From an uncultured Gemmatimonadales bacterium (GTDB taxonomy: Bacteria; Gemmatimonadota; Gemmatimonadetes; Longimicrobiales; Longimicrobiaceae), in assembly GCA_963716255.1 (NCBI GenBank), contig OY970303.1, positions 672,001-736,000 on the forward strand: a stretch of 64,000 nucleotides of DNA, given 5' to 3'. The notes beneath the pieces are model-generated. The model did no database searches, had not been told where the DNA came from, and worked only from the letters and a program-made list of their open reading frames with translations. Every line of letters starts with the position of its first letter. Positions within the stretch are counted from its first letter, which is position 1. Made by a program: the position numbers and the translations under genes. Positions 10,615-20,577 of this stretch are shown here, in pieces.

Positions 10615-12693
10615 TCAGCCCACGTGGAAAAGACGTGCTCGCTCCCCGTAGCGGGTCTCCAGCGCCTCCCGCAGCCGTGGATGCTTTTCCAGCTCCGGGT
10701 CCGCGTCCACGATGGCACGCGCCTCGCCGCGGGCACGGGTGAGCAGCGCCTCGTCCTTTTCCAGGTCGGCGAAGCGGAAGCTGGGGAGCCCCGACTGGCG
10801 GGCCCCGAACAGGTCGCCCTGGCCGCGGAGCCGCATGTCCGCCTCGGCGATGGCGAAGCCGTCCTCGGTGGAGGCGAAGATCCTCAGCCGCTCGGCCGCC
10901 TCGGCGCCGCCCGCCAGCAGGATGCAGAAGCTTTCCGCCACGCCGCGCCCCACCCGGCCGCGAAGCTGGTGGAGCTGCGACAGGCCGAAGCGCTCGGCGT
11001 GCTCGATCACCATCACCGACGCGTTGGGGACGTCGATCCCCACCTCGATCACGGTGGTGGCCACCAGCACGTCGATCTCGCCGGCGGCGAAGGCGCGCAT
11101 GGCGGCATCCTTTTCCTCGCTCGGCATCTGCCCGTGAAGCAGCCCCACGCGCAGGTCGGGGTAGACCTGGGCGCGAAGCAGCTCCCACTCCTCCGTGGCG
11201 GCCTTGAGGTCGGTCTTCTCGGACTCCTCCACCAGCGGGTAGACGACGTACGCCTGCCGCCCCGCCTCCACCTGCTCGCGGACGAACCCCAGCACCCGGG
11301 TGCGCGCGGACTCCGGCCGCAGCGCGGTGCGCACCGGCTGGCGCCCCGGCGGGCGCTCGTCCAGGATGGACACGTCCAGGTCGCCGTACAGCGTCAGCGC
11401 CAGCGAGCGCGGGATGGGCGTGGCGGACATCACCAGCACGTCGGGATTACTCCCCAGCTCGGAGAGCGCCATGCGCTGCTTCACCCCGAAGCGGTGCTGC
11501 TCGTCCACCACCACCAGCCCCAGCCGCGCGAACTGCACCCCCTCCTGGATCAGCGCGTGGGTCCCCACCGCGATCCCCGCCTCCCCCGAGGCGATGCGGT
11601 ACGCGACCTCGCGGTACTGCTTCGCCCCCAGCCGCCCGGTGAGCAGCGTCACCCCCACCGGCAGGTCGCCCAGCAGCTTCGTCAGCGTGCGCGCGTGCTG
11701 CTCGGCCAGGATCTCGGTGGGGGCCATGAGCGCCGCCTGGTAGCCGTTCTCCACCGCGCGCAGCATGGCGAACAGAGCGACCACCGTCTTGCCGGAGCCC
11801 ACGTCGCCCTGGAGCAGGCGGTTCATCCGCCGCGTCTGGCCCATGTCCTCGCCGATCTCCTTGAGCACCCGCACCTGCGCGCCGGTGAGCGCGAAGGGGA
11901 GCCGCCCGTAGAACGGGCGCACCAGCGTGTCCCGCCGCTCGAAGGCGATCCCCGGCCGCTCCACGGTGGCGCGGTGGCGCGACTGGGCGTGCAGGATCTG
12001 GAGGAAGAGAAGCTCCTCGTACGCGAGCCGGCGCCGCCCCTGCTCGGCCTCGGCGAGGGAGGCGGGACGGTGCAGCAGGTCCAGCGCGCGGGGGAGCGGC
12101 GGCAGGTCGTGCCGGGCCAGCATCTCCGCGTCCAGCATCTCCTCGTCCGCGGCGGAGCGAAGCAGCCCGTCCAGGTTCTCGGCGACCAGCGCGCGGATCT
12201 GGCGGTGCGAGAGGCCTTCGGTGGTGGGGTAGATGGGGAAGATGGCGCCCGACTCCTCGTCGGCCTCCTCGCCCTCCTTCGCCAGCTGCGTGAACTCCTT
12301 GGGCTGCAGCTGCCGGCCGTGGAAGAAGCGCACGGTGCCGGAGACCAGGAGCAGGTCGCCCTTCTGGATCACCCGGTCCAGGAAGGGCTGCCCCGGCCAG
12401 GAGCACTCGATGAGGCCGGACGAGTCGCGGATCACCGCCTGGAAGATGCGCAGCCCCTTGCGCGTGGGGATCACGCCCTTGGACACCACCCGCCCGATGA
12501 CGTTTGCCTCCATCCCCGCCTCCAGCACGCCGATGCGCTGGATGGTGGACGCGTCCTCGTAGCGGCGCGGGACGTGGAAGAGCACGTCGCGCGCGGTGAG
12601 GAGCCCCATCTTCTGCAGGAGCCCCGCGCGGCGCGGGCCGACGCCCTTGAGGAACTGGACGGGACGGTCGAGGTCGGAGTAGGCCGTGGTCAT
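10615..12693 (-). CDS. recG: ATP-dependent DNA helicase RecG
   Basis: Start re-called at MTTAYSDLD; LKGVGP, QGDVGSGKT, DEQHRFG, MSATPIPRS, QLRGRVGRG. Confidence 0.97.
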   Translation of the reverse strand: MTTAYSDLDRPVQFLKGVGPRRAGLLQKMGLLTARDVLFHVPRRYEDASTIQRIGVLEAGMEANVIGRVVSKGVIPTRKGLRIFQAVIRDSSGLIECSWPGQPFLDRVIQKGDLLLVSGTVRFFHGRQLQPKEFTQLAKEGEEADEESGAIFPIYPTTEGLSHRQIRALVAENLDGLLRSAADEEMLDAEMLARHDLPPLPRALDLLHRPASLAEAEQGRRRLAYEELLFLQILHAQSRHRATVERPGIAFERRDTLVRPFYGRLPFALTGAQVRVLKEIGEDMGQTRRMNRLLQGDVGSGKTVVALFAMLRAVENGYQAALMAPTEILAEQHARTLTKLLGDLPVGVTLLTGRLGAKQYREVAYRIASGEAGIAVGTHALIQEGVQFARLGLVVVDEQHRFGVKQRMALSELGSNPDVLVMSATPIPRSLALTLYGDLDVSILDERPPGRQPVRTALRPESARTRVLGFVREQVEAGRQAYVVYPLVEESEKTDLKAATEEWELLRAQVYPDLRVGLLHGQMPSEEKDAAMRAFAAGEIDVLVATTVIEVGIDVPNASVMVIEHAERFGLSQLHQLRGRVGRGVAESFCILLAGGAEAAERLRIFASTEDGFAIAEADMRLRGQGDLFGARQSGLPSFRFADLEKDEALLTRARGEARAIVDADPELEKHPRLREALETRYGERARLFHVG

Positions 12694-12815
12694 GCGCCGG
12701 GACGGCGGCGCACGGCGGCGATGCGGTCCGAAGAGGAGGATGTAGGTTTCGGCATCATGCCGCGTAGATTCCGCAGGTGCGTCGTACTTCCACGTCCAGA
12801 ACCGGAACGAGGCAG

Positions 12816-13427
12816 ATGATCCGTCCCGTCCATCTTGCGAGCTTCGCGCTCCTTGCCGCGTGCGGCGGCACCGCTCCGGCCGCCGATTCCGTCCGCTCCA
12901 CCGGCGCCGCATCCCCGGCGGCCATCTTGGAAGACACCCTGATCCGTCCGGCCGCGGTCCCCGGCCACTTCCGGCTGCTGGACAGCCTATCGGCCGACGT
13001 GGACGGCGACGGCGCCCGCGAGCGCGTGGAGCTCGCCGCCGTGGTCGGGGTGGACGACCAGGGCCGTTTCCAGTGGGACGACGGCCAGGAGTGGCTGGTC
13101 GCCGTGCGCGACGGCGCCGACACGTATCCGCTGCTGCGCGAGCACCTTCACTGGGGCTCGGCAGCCTTCTGGATCGTCGACGGCGATTCCGCCGCTCCCC
13201 CCGCGATCCTGGTGCTGACGGAAATGATGCAGTACCCCCACGCCGGCACGCGCATGCAGAAGTACGTCTTCGACCGCTCGCGCGGCGGGTACGTGCGGAT
13301 CGGCTCCGTCGACGCACATGGCGATCTCACCCGGTACCGCGGCCCGCCGCCCGAATCCGGCCTATCTCCCTCGTTCCGTCCGTATTCCGGCCATCCACCT
13401 AAACCCTACAATCCGCCCGACCCCTGA
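12816..13427 (+). CDS. Hypothetical lipoprotein
   Basis: MIRPVHLASFALLAAC lipobox; DVDGDG Ca-binding-like loop; WDDGQEW. Confidence 0.75.
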   Translation: MIRPVHLASFALLAACGGTAPAADSVRSTGAASPAAILEDTLIRPAAVPGHFRLLDSLSADVDGDGARERVELAAVVGVDDQGRFQWDDGQEWLVAVRDGADTYPLLREHLHWGSAAFWIVDGDSAAPPAILVLTEMMQYPHAGTRMQKYVFDRSRGGYVRIGSVDAHGDLTRYRGPPPESGLSPSFRPYSGHPPKPYNPPDP

Positions 13428-13497
13428 TCCGTCGGGCAGGTCGCGAGGCCAGGACGGCGTGGGAACTGTCTGCCACGCGCCTTGATGCGGAGGTCCC

Positions 13498-13788
13498 TCA
13501 CAGAGGACGCGCATCGCGGAGCACGTACTGGCGAAGCTCCGGCCGGAGCGCGACCTCCTCGACCACGTCCACCCGGCGACCGAGCAGCTCCTCCAGATCA
13601 TTGACGAGGCCGCCGGGGAACCAGGGGCTGACCTTGTCGCCCGCGTCGATCAGCAGGTCCACGTCGCTGTCGGGGCCGGCCTCGCCGCGCACGACGGAGC
13701 CGAACACGCGCACGTTGTACGCGCCGTGCCGCTCGGCGATGCGCAGGATCTCGGCCCGCTTCTGTCGGACAACGTATTCGATGCTCAT
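13498..13788 (-). CDS. Minimal nucleotidyltransferase (MNT family antitoxin)
   Basis: 96 aa; FGSVVRGEAGPDSDVDLL = GSx10DxD motif; LEELLGRRVDVV. Confidence 0.92.
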   Translation of the reverse strand: MSIEYVVRQKRAEILRIAERHGAYNVRVFGSVVRGEAGPDSDVDLLIDAGDKVSPWFPGGLVNDLEELLGRRVDVVEEVALRPELRQYVLRDARPL

Positions 13789-13849
13789 GCAAGCCTCGCT
13801 CGTGTGCGCCGATCCCTCCGAACACCTCCCGAAATGTAATCCGTTCCCG

Positions 13850-14779
13850 CTACGCCGTCAGCACTTCCTCGGCGAAGGTCGCGATCTCGAACGGCTCCAG
13901 GTCGCCGATGGCCTCGCCCACGCCGATGAACTTGACCGGGAGGTCGAACTCCTCCTTGAGCGCGACCACGATCCCGCCCTTGGCCGTGCTGTCCATCTTG
14001 GTGAGGATGATGCCGGAAAGCGGCACCTCCTGCTGGAAGGCGCGCACCTGCGCCATGGCGTTCTGGCCCACGGTGGAATCCAGCACGATCAGCGTCTCGT
14101 GCGGCGCGCCGGGGAGCTTCTTGGACACCACGCGCTGCACCTTTTCCAGCTCCTTCATCAGCCCGGACTGCGTGTGCAGGCGCCCCGCAGTGTCGATGAT
14201 GAGCACGTCCGCCCCGCGCTGCTCCGCCGCTTCCAGCGCGTCGAAGGCCACGGCGGCGGGGTCGCGCCCCGGCTCGCTCCCCACGAAGTCGCACCCCACG
14301 CGCTCCGACCAGCGGCGCAGCTGCTCGATGGCCCCCGCGCGGAAGGTGTCGCCCGCGGCGATCATCACCTTGCGCCCGGACCGCGTGAGGCGGTGGGCCA
14401 GCTTTCCGATGCTGGTGGTCTTCCCCACCCCGTTCACGCCCACCACCAGCAGCACCGTGGGGCCGCCCTCGAAGTTGAAGCGGAGCGCCGTGTCCGACTT
14501 CCCCCTGGAAAGGATCTCCACGATCTCCTCCTGCACCGCCTGCTGGAAGTCGCGCTGGGTGCGGACCATGCCGCGCTCCGCCAGCGTTTCCACGGCGCCC
14601 ACCATCCTGAGCGTCGCGGGAACGCCGAAGTCGGCGCCGATCAGCACCTCCTCCAGCCGCTCGAGCGAGCCCTCGTCCATTCCCTGCACCAGCACCGTGA
14701 CGTCGGTGAGTGCAAAGTCGACGATCTTGTCCCACAGGGACTTGCGCCCCTCCTCCTTCTTCCTGAAAAGACGAGCCAT
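13850..14779 (-). CDS. ftsY: SRP receptor FtsY
   Basis: Start re-called at MARLFRKK; GVNGVGKTT, DTFRAGA, DTAGR, TKMDSTAKGG. Confidence 0.97.
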   Translation of the reverse strand: MARLFRKKEEGRKSLWDKIVDFALTDVTVLVQGMDEGSLERLEEVLIGADFGVPATLRMVGAVETLAERGMVRTQRDFQQAVQEEIVEILSRGKSDTALRFNFEGGPTVLLVVGVNGVGKTTSIGKLAHRLTRSGRKVMIAAGDTFRAGAIEQLRRWSERVGCDFVGSEPGRDPAAVAFDALEAAEQRGADVLIIDTAGRLHTQSGLMKELEKVQRVVSKKLPGAPHETLIVLDSTVGQNAMAQVRAFQQEVPLSGIILTKMDSTAKGGIVVALKEEFDLPVKFIGVGEAIGDLEPFEIATFAEEVLTA

Positions 14780-14874
14780 GGTCTCGGTTCTGTCGTAATT
14801 CGTGATCCGCGCCGGCTCCTGTACCCCGTACCTGTGGGCGAGTGCGCGGGTGCGGAATGAGAAGCCCGCGATTC

Positions 14875-15005
14875 GGGCGTGCCCCCGGCTGCGCCGGGGT
14901 CGGGCTGCGGCTCCGTAGCAAACGATACTACCGTTTGCAACGGAGGCGAGCCCCGCCAAACTGCCGGCAGGTCTCGCCGCTTCGCGCTCGCATCCCTCAC
15001 GCGGG
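14875..15005 (-). repeat. Structured repeat family B copy 1 (reverse orientation, more diverged)
   Basis: Reverse complement of CCCGCGTGAGGGAT...AGCCCGACCCCGGC...GGGGGCACGCCC. Confidence 0.9.
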
Positions 15006-15041
15006 CATCGCGCTGGCGTCCGCAGCGAACAACTGCAAGCG

Positions 15042-15080
15042 AAAACCGCACCGCGAGCCTCGGCTCGCGGTGCGGTAAAA
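15042..15080 (-). terminator. Intrinsic terminator downstream of hisA
   Basis: ACCGCACCGCGAGC/GCTCGCGGTGCGGT stem; on the minus strand followed by TTTT. Confidence 0.75.
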
Positions 15081-15120
15081 GAAGCCGCCGCGCCGTCCGG
15101 GGCAACCCGCCCCGCCGGCG

Positions 15121-15879
15121 TCAGGCCGCGGCGATGCGCCGCAGCGCTTCCGCCACCTCCAGGCGGCCCTCGTAGATCGCCTTGCCCACGATCACGCCGG
15201 CCAGCGCCGCCCCGTCCCGGGCGCGCGCGGCCACCGCCGCCACGTCGTCCACGCCGCGGATCCCGCCGGAAACGATCACCTCCGCCCCGGAGTGCGCCGC
15301 CAGCTCCGCGGACACGTCCAGGTTGGGGCCCAGCATCATCCCGTCCCGCTCGATGTCGGTGTAGACGATGGTGCGCACACCCAGCCCCGCCAGCGAGCGA
15401 CCCAGGTCGAACAGGTCGGCCCCGCTCTCCTCCGTCCAGCCGCGGGTGGCGGGGCGCCGGCCGCGCGCGTCCAGCCCCACCGCGATGCGCTCCGCGCCGA
15501 AGCGCGCCACGGCGCGGCGCACCAGCTCCGGGTCCTCCACCGCCGCCGTGCCGATCACCGCCCGCGCCACCCCGGCCGCGAACACCTCCTCAAGGTCGGC
15601 CTCGGAGCGCAGGCCGCCGCCGGTCTGCACGCGGAGGCCGGAGGACGCGGCGAGATCGCGGATCAGGTCGCGGTTGGAGCCGTGCCCGAAGGCCGCGTCC
15701 AGGTCCACCACGTGCACCCAGCGCGCCCCCGCCGCCGCGAACCCCGCCGCCACCTCGCCCGGGTCGTCGCCGTAGACCGTTTCGCGATCCGCCTCGCCCT
15801 TTTCCAGGCGCACGCAGCGCCCGCGCCGCAGGTCGATGGCCGGGAACAGCTCCACCCGGCTCGACGCCGCCTCACTCAC
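15121..15879 (-). CDS. hisA: ProFAR isomerase HisA
   Basis: FPAIDL..GRCVRL, HVVDLDAA, GGGLRS, GLDAR, YTDIERDG, SGG, GKAIYEG. Confidence 0.95.
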   Translation of the reverse strand: MSEAASSRVELFPAIDLRRGRCVRLEKGEADRETVYGDDPGEVAAGFAAAGARWVHVVDLDAAFGHGSNRDLIRDLAASSGLRVQTGGGLRSEADLEEVFAAGVARAVIGTAAVEDPELVRRAVARFGAERIAVGLDARGRRPATRGWTEESGADLFDLGRSLAGLGVRTIVYTDIERDGMMLGPNLDVSAELAAHSGAEVIVSGGIRGVDDVAAVAARARDGAALAGVIVGKAIYEGRLEVAEALRRIAAA

Positions 15880-17176
15880 CCGCTTTCTGCGCCGCGGGGG
15901 CCGCCCTGCCGCCGGCCAGGCGCACCGCCGAGGCGGCGCGCTCCATCTTCGCCACCTGCGTGCTCACGGCGCCGCGGTAGCGGGCGCGCGACCCGCCGGG
16001 GACGGGGTCGCCGGTGAGGTACTTGATGGACGACGGGTTGATGGGGCGGCCGTTCTCGTGGAACTCGTAGTGCAGGTGCGGCCCGGTGGAAAGGCCCGTG
16101 GAGCCCACGTAGCCGATCAGGTCGCCCTGGCGCACGCGCACCCCCGGGCGGATCCCCGGCGCGAAGGCGCGCATGTGCGCGTAGCGGCTGGAATACGCGC
16201 TGCGGTGGCGGATCTCCACCACGTTGCCGTAGCCGCCGCCCCACCCCGCCTTCGCGACGGTCCCGTCGCCGACCGCGCGGATGGGGGTGCCCGCCGACGC
16301 CGCGTAGTCGATCCCGTGGTGCGGGCGCGAGCGCTTCAGGATGGGGTGGAAGCGGCCGGTGGAGAACGCCGAGGAGATGCGGCGGAACTCCAGCGGCGCG
16401 CGCAGGAACGCGCGGCGCAGCGACTCGCCGTCGCGGTCGTAGTAGTCCTCCGTGCCGTCCGGCAGGCGGTACCAGAACGCCGAGTGCTCCTTGTCTCCCA
16501 GCTCGAAGAGCGCGCCGATGACGCGCCAGGAGCGCGCGGTGCCGTCCGGGCGCACCTGCCGCTCGTACAGGATGCGGTAGCTGTCGCCGGCGTGCAGGTC
16601 GCGTGAGAAGTCGATCTGCCAGGCGAAGATCTTGTCCGCCAGCAGGTCCACGATGCGCTCCCGCTCCTCGCGCGGCACGTCGGCGCCGCGGGCGTCCATC
16701 ACCGCCTGGTACAGCGACGACTGCACCTCGCCGGCGAGCGCGGCGGTGTCGGTGCGGACCTCCACCTCCTCCACCTCCGCGTCCCAGGCGCCGCCCTCGC
16801 GCTCCACGGAGAGCGTGCGGTCCGCGTCCAGGCTGAACTCCATCCCCCGCACCTCACCGCCCACGAACTTCTTGCGGTACGAGATGGTCGCCCCGGGGCG
16901 CAGGGTGCGCGGGTCCTGCACACCCTGGAGCTCCGCCAGCAGCGCCGCCGCGTCGGCGGCGTCCAGCCGCGAGCGCTCCAGCAGTTCCGAGATCGTCTCG
17001 CCCCGGCGAAGCGTGTCCTGGAACGCCACCTCGGCCGGGTTGGCGTAGGCGACGGGGAGGAGCGACGGCGCGGGCGACGGCTTCTCCTTCTCGGGACGGT
17101 GCATCAGGCCGCCGACGCTCGCGGCGCCCACGGCCGCGAAGAGGCCCAGAGCGAGGAAACGGGAGGGGTTTGCCAT
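15872..17176 (-). CDS. M23 family peptidoglycan endopeptidase (MepM-like)
   Basis: N-terminal TM; HHGIDYAA, YAHM, STGPHLHYEF zinc motifs. Confidence 0.93.
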   Translation of the reverse strand: MANPSRFLALGLFAAVGAASVGGLMHRPEKEKPSPAPSLLPVAYANPAEVAFQDTLRRGETISELLERSRLDAADAAALLAELQGVQDPRTLRPGATISYRKKFVGGEVRGMEFSLDADRTLSVEREGGAWDAEVEEVEVRTDTAALAGEVQSSLYQAVMDARGADVPREERERIVDLLADKIFAWQIDFSRDLHAGDSYRILYERQVRPDGTARSWRVIGALFELGDKEHSAFWYRLPDGTEDYYDRDGESLRRAFLRAPLEFRRISSAFSTGRFHPILKRSRPHHGIDYAASAGTPIRAVGDGTVAKAGWGGGYGNVVEIRHRSAYSSRYAHMRAFAPGIRPGVRVRQGDLIGYVGSTGLSTGPHLHYEFHENGRPINPSSIKYLTGDPVPGGSRARYRGAVSTQVAKMERAASAVRLAGGRAAPAAQKAGE

Positions 17177-17275
17177 GGAACTACGGATTCGGGTTGTCAC
17201 GATGCGGAGACGTGGAAGCGAAGCGGCGCGGTCCCGCATCGCGGGGCCGCGCCAGGCTTCCGGTGTCACCCGCGG

Positions 17276-18517
17276 TCAGTCCATCTGGCGACGGATGAAG
17301 GTGGGAATCTCCAGGTCGTTGGGCAGCGGCTTCTCCGCCTGGCGCGCGGGCCAGCGGATGGGCGCCGACGGCTGGGGCGGCTCGGCCTGCCGGGTCGCCT
17401 GCGGCTCGGGCGCGGGCTCCTGGCGCGGCGGGTACACCGTGGTGGTGTGGGTCCCCAGCGGCCTCACCTCGGGGCGGGGCTCCGGGCGCGTCGACGGCGA
17501 GGTGCGGAAGTTGGGGCGGATCACGTTGTCCGAGCGGTCCGCGAAGGGCGTCGCGGCGTCCTTCTCGAAGCCGGTGGCGATCACCGTGACCCGCACCTCC
17601 TCCTTCATGCTGCTGTCGTGCACCGCGCCGAAGATGATCTCGGCCTCGTCGCCCGCCGCGTCCTGGATGATGGAGGAGATGGTGGTGACCTCGTCGATCG
17701 CCAGGTCCATCCCGCCGGTGATGTTGATGAGCACCCCGGCCGCGCCGTGGATGGAGATGTTGTCCAGGAGCGGCGACGAGATCGCCTCCTGGGCCGCCTC
17801 CATGGAGCGGTTCTCGCCCCGGCCGAAGCCGGTCCCCATCAGCGCCGTGCCCCGGTTGGACATGATCGTCCGCACGTCGGCGAAGTCCACGTTGACCTCG
17901 CCGGTGACGCGGATCAGGTCCGAGATCCCCTGCGTGGCGTGCAGCAGCACCTCGTCCGCCTTCTTGAGGGCGTCCTTGAACGAGGTCCCCTTCCCCACCA
18001 CCGCCAGCAGCCTCTCGTTGGGCACCACGATCATGGTGTCCACCGCACGCTTCAGCTCGGCGAGCCCCTGCTCCGCCTGGCGCATCCGCTTCTTCCCCTC
18101 GAAAAGAAAGGGGCGGGTGACGATGGCGATGGTGAGCGCGCCCATCTCGCGCGCCATCTCGCCGATGAGCGGTGCGCCGCCCGTCCCCGTCCCGCCGCCC
18201 ATTCCGGCGGTGATGAAGACCAGGTCCGAGCCCTCCAGCGCCTTGCGCACCTCGTCGGCGCTCTCCTCCAGCGCCGCGCGCCCGATGTCCGGGCGCGCGC
18301 CGGCGCCCAGCCCGCGCGTCAGCTTCTTGCCGATCTGGATCTTGACGCCCGACTTGGAGTTCTTGAGCGCCTGCGAGTCGGTGTTCACCGAGATGAACTC
18401 GACGCCCTCCAGGTCCTCGTCGATCATCCGGTTCACCGCGTTCCCACCCCCGCCACCGACACCCACAACCTTCATGCGGGCGTTCTGGATGGCGGACTCC
18501 TCGTACTCAAAGATCAT
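17276..18517 (-). CDS. ftsZ: Cell division protein FtsZ
   Basis: [25 protein letters not shown]-terminal LEIPTFIRR. Confidence 0.99.
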   Translation of the reverse strand: MIFEYEESAIQNARMKVVGVGGGGGNAVNRMIDEDLEGVEFISVNTDSQALKNSKSGVKIQIGKKLTRGLGAGARPDIGRAALEESADEVRKALEGSDLVFITAGMGGGTGTGGAPLIGEMAREMGALTIAIVTRPFLFEGKKRMRQAEQGLAELKRAVDTMIVVPNERLLAVVGKGTSFKDALKKADEVLLHATQGISDLIRVTGEVNVDFADVRTIMSNRGTALMGTGFGRGENRSMEAAQEAISSPLLDNISIHGAAGVLINITGGMDLAIDEVTTISSIIQDAAGDEAEIIFGAVHDSSMKEEVRVTVIATGFEKDAATPFADRSDNVIRPNFRTSPSTRPEPRPEVRPLGTHTTTVYPPRQEPAPEPQATRQAEPPQPSAPIRWPARQAEKPLPNDLEIPTFIRRQMD

Positions 18518-18588
18518 CTTGCTCTTCCTCCGTCCCGGGGGAGGTACGAAACCACGAGAAAAACGTCGAGTGTCCGGCGCCGCTTCGC

Positions 18589-19833
18589 TTAAAAGAAGTC
18601 GGCCAGCCAGTCACGCATCCACCTGATCACGCCGCCCACGGCGGCTCCGCTCGCCGCGCCGCTCCCCGCGTGCTCGGGGACCATCCGCCGCGCGCCGTAC
18701 AGGGTGAGCCCCGTCGCGGTCGCGAACTTGGGGCGCCGGACCGAATCCGACAAGCCTCCCAGCTCCTCGCCGGGGACGCCGGTGCGCACCGGGGCCGCGA
18801 AGGTCCGCTCTGCCAGCTCCAGCATCCCGTGCAGCGACGCCCCCCCGCCGGTGAGCACGATCCCCGCGCCCAGCCGGTCCGCCAGCCCGCTGCGCTGCAC
18901 CTGGTCCTCCACGAGCCCCAGGATCTCGTCCATGCGCTGCTCGATGACGTGGGCCAGGAGCTCGCGCGCGATGTGGCGCGTCTGGCCCGCGGCGGCGCCG
19001 GGGACCTCGAAGGTCTCGTTGGGGTCCACCAGGTCCGCGCGGGCCACCCCCCAGCGCTCCTTGGCGCGCGACGCCTCGGCGTACGGCAGCGACAGGCCCT
19101 TGGCGATGTCGTTGGTCACCGTGGCGCCGCCCCAGGGCAGGGTGGCCAGGTGGCGGATCTTGCGCTCGTGGAAGATCACCACGTCGGTGGTCCCGCCGCC
19201 CAGCTCCACCATCGCCACCCCGATCTCCCGCTCGTCCTCGGAAAGCACGGCCATGGAGGAGGCGATGGGCTCCAGCACCAGCTCGGCCACCTGGTAGCCG
19301 GCGCGCGACACGGCCTTGCGGATGTTCTGCGCGGCGGAGGCGGCGCCGGTGACCAGGAACACCTCGGCCTCCAGCCGCGTCCCGGCCATCCCGGCGGGGT
19401 CGCGGATCCCGCCCTGCCCGTCCACCAGGTACTCCTGGGGGATGGCGTGCAGCAGCTCGCGGTCGGCGGGGATGGGGACGGCGCGCGCCACCTCGTGCAC
19501 CCGGTCGATGTCGCCGGCGGTGATCTCCTGCTTTCCCACCGCGACCACGCCGTGCGAGGCGCGCGCGTGGATGTGCTCCCCGGCGATGCCGGTGAAGAGC
19601 CGGTCCACGGTGACGCCGGCCATCAGCTCGGCTTCCTTGACCGCCTTGCGGACCGACTCGGTGGTGGCCTCGATGTCGGTGACCACCTCGCGGCGGATCC
19701 CCCCCGTCTTCGCCTGCCCCACGCCGAGCACCTTGACGGGGGACCGGTGGGGAGCGTCTCCCGCGACCTCCGCGATGACCACGGCGGTCTTGCTCGATCC
19801 GATGTCGAGGCCGGCAACCAGAGTAGAACGCAT
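18589..19833 (-). CDS. ftsA: Cell division protein FtsA
   Basis: [24 protein letters not shown]-terminal amphipathic helix [10 protein letters not shown]. Confidence 0.97.
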   Translation of the reverse strand: MRSTLVAGLDIGSSKTAVVIAEVAGDAPHRSPVKVLGVGQAKTGGIRREVVTDIEATTESVRKAVKEAELMAGVTVDRLFTGIAGEHIHARASHGVVAVGKQEITAGDIDRVHEVARAVPIPADRELLHAIPQEYLVDGQGGIRDPAGMAGTRLEAEVFLVTGAASAAQNIRKAVSRAGYQVAELVLEPIASSMAVLSEDEREIGVAMVELGGGTTDVVIFHERKIRHLATLPWGGATVTNDIAKGLSLPYAEASRAKERWGVARADLVDPNETFEVPGAAAGQTRHIARELLAHVIEQRMDEILGLVEDQVQRSGLADRLGAGIVLTGGGASLHGMLELAERTFAAPVRTGVPGEELGGLSDSVRRPKFATATGLTLYGARRMVPEHAGSGAASGAAVGGVIRWMRDWLADFF

Positions 19834-19842
19834 TCGCAGGGG

Positions 19843-20577
19843 CTACGCGCGGGGCGGATTCGGAAAACGGACGACCACCTGGTCCTGGAAGCGGAGGTCG
19901 ATGCGGACGGGGCCGGCCGGGGCGCGGCGCTCCACGTCGTCGAGCGCGGCGCGCAGCCGCCGCAGGCGGTCGGACCCGGCCCCGACGGGAAGGACGACCC
20001 GGGCGTCGGGGGCGGACACGGAAATCAGGAGCGCGTCCCGGCCGCTCCACTCCACCTCGGACACGCGGGCGAAGAGCCCCGGGTCCAGCTGCCCCAGGCG
20101 GCCCACCTCGGCGGCGAGGGAGCGGACCCGCGCGTCGTGGAGGCGGGTCTGCTTCCCCCCGCGCAGGAGCGGCAGGTCCACCGCGACGCGGGCGGGGTCC
20201 ACCGGGAGCACCTCGCCACGGGCGGTCACCGGGTGGAGCGCGCCGGCCTCCACCAGCCCCACGGGGCGCTTCTCGCGCACCTCGATGCGCAGGGTGGAGG
20301 GGAGCCGGCGCACCACCCGCGCGTCCTCCACGCCGGGGTGGCGGCGGAGCGCGGCGACCCACACCTCCGGGCGGCGCCACACGCTCTCGCCCCGGCGGAT
20401 CCCGGAGGCCGCGAGCACGTCGTGCGGGGCGACCATGCGGGCCCCGGCGACCTCCACGCGCTCCACCCTGAACCAGGGGGTCCGCTCCAGCAGGCGCGGC
20501 CCCCAGAGGGGCGCGGCGAGCACGGCCGGGAGGGCGGCGGCGAGGGCGAGGCGGCGGGCTCTGCGCATCCTCGTCAC
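19843..20577 (-). CDS. ftsQ: Cell division protein FtsQ
   Basis: C-terminal part of ORF 19843..21867; TM, POTRA (VERVEVAG..RRLPSTLRIEVRE), IDLRF; position between murC and ftsA; start 20577 or 20568. Confidence 0.9.
   Translation of the reverse strand: MTRMRRARRLALAAALPAVLAAPLWGPRLLERTPWFRVERVEVAGARMVAPHDVLAASGIRRGESVWRRPEVWVAALRRHPGVEDARVVRRLPSTLRIEVREKRPVGLVEAGALHPVTARGEVLPVDPARVAVDLPLLRGGKQTRLHDARVRSLAAEVGRLGQLDPGLFARVSEVEWSGRDALLISVSAPDARVVLPVGAGSDRLRRLRAALDDVERRAPAGPVRIDLRFQDQVVVRFPNPPRA

Noticed and set aside
15121..15879. Lone hisA as bifunctional PriA
   Set aside because: Has GGG rather than the SGG phosphate-binding motif typical of actinobacterial PriA.
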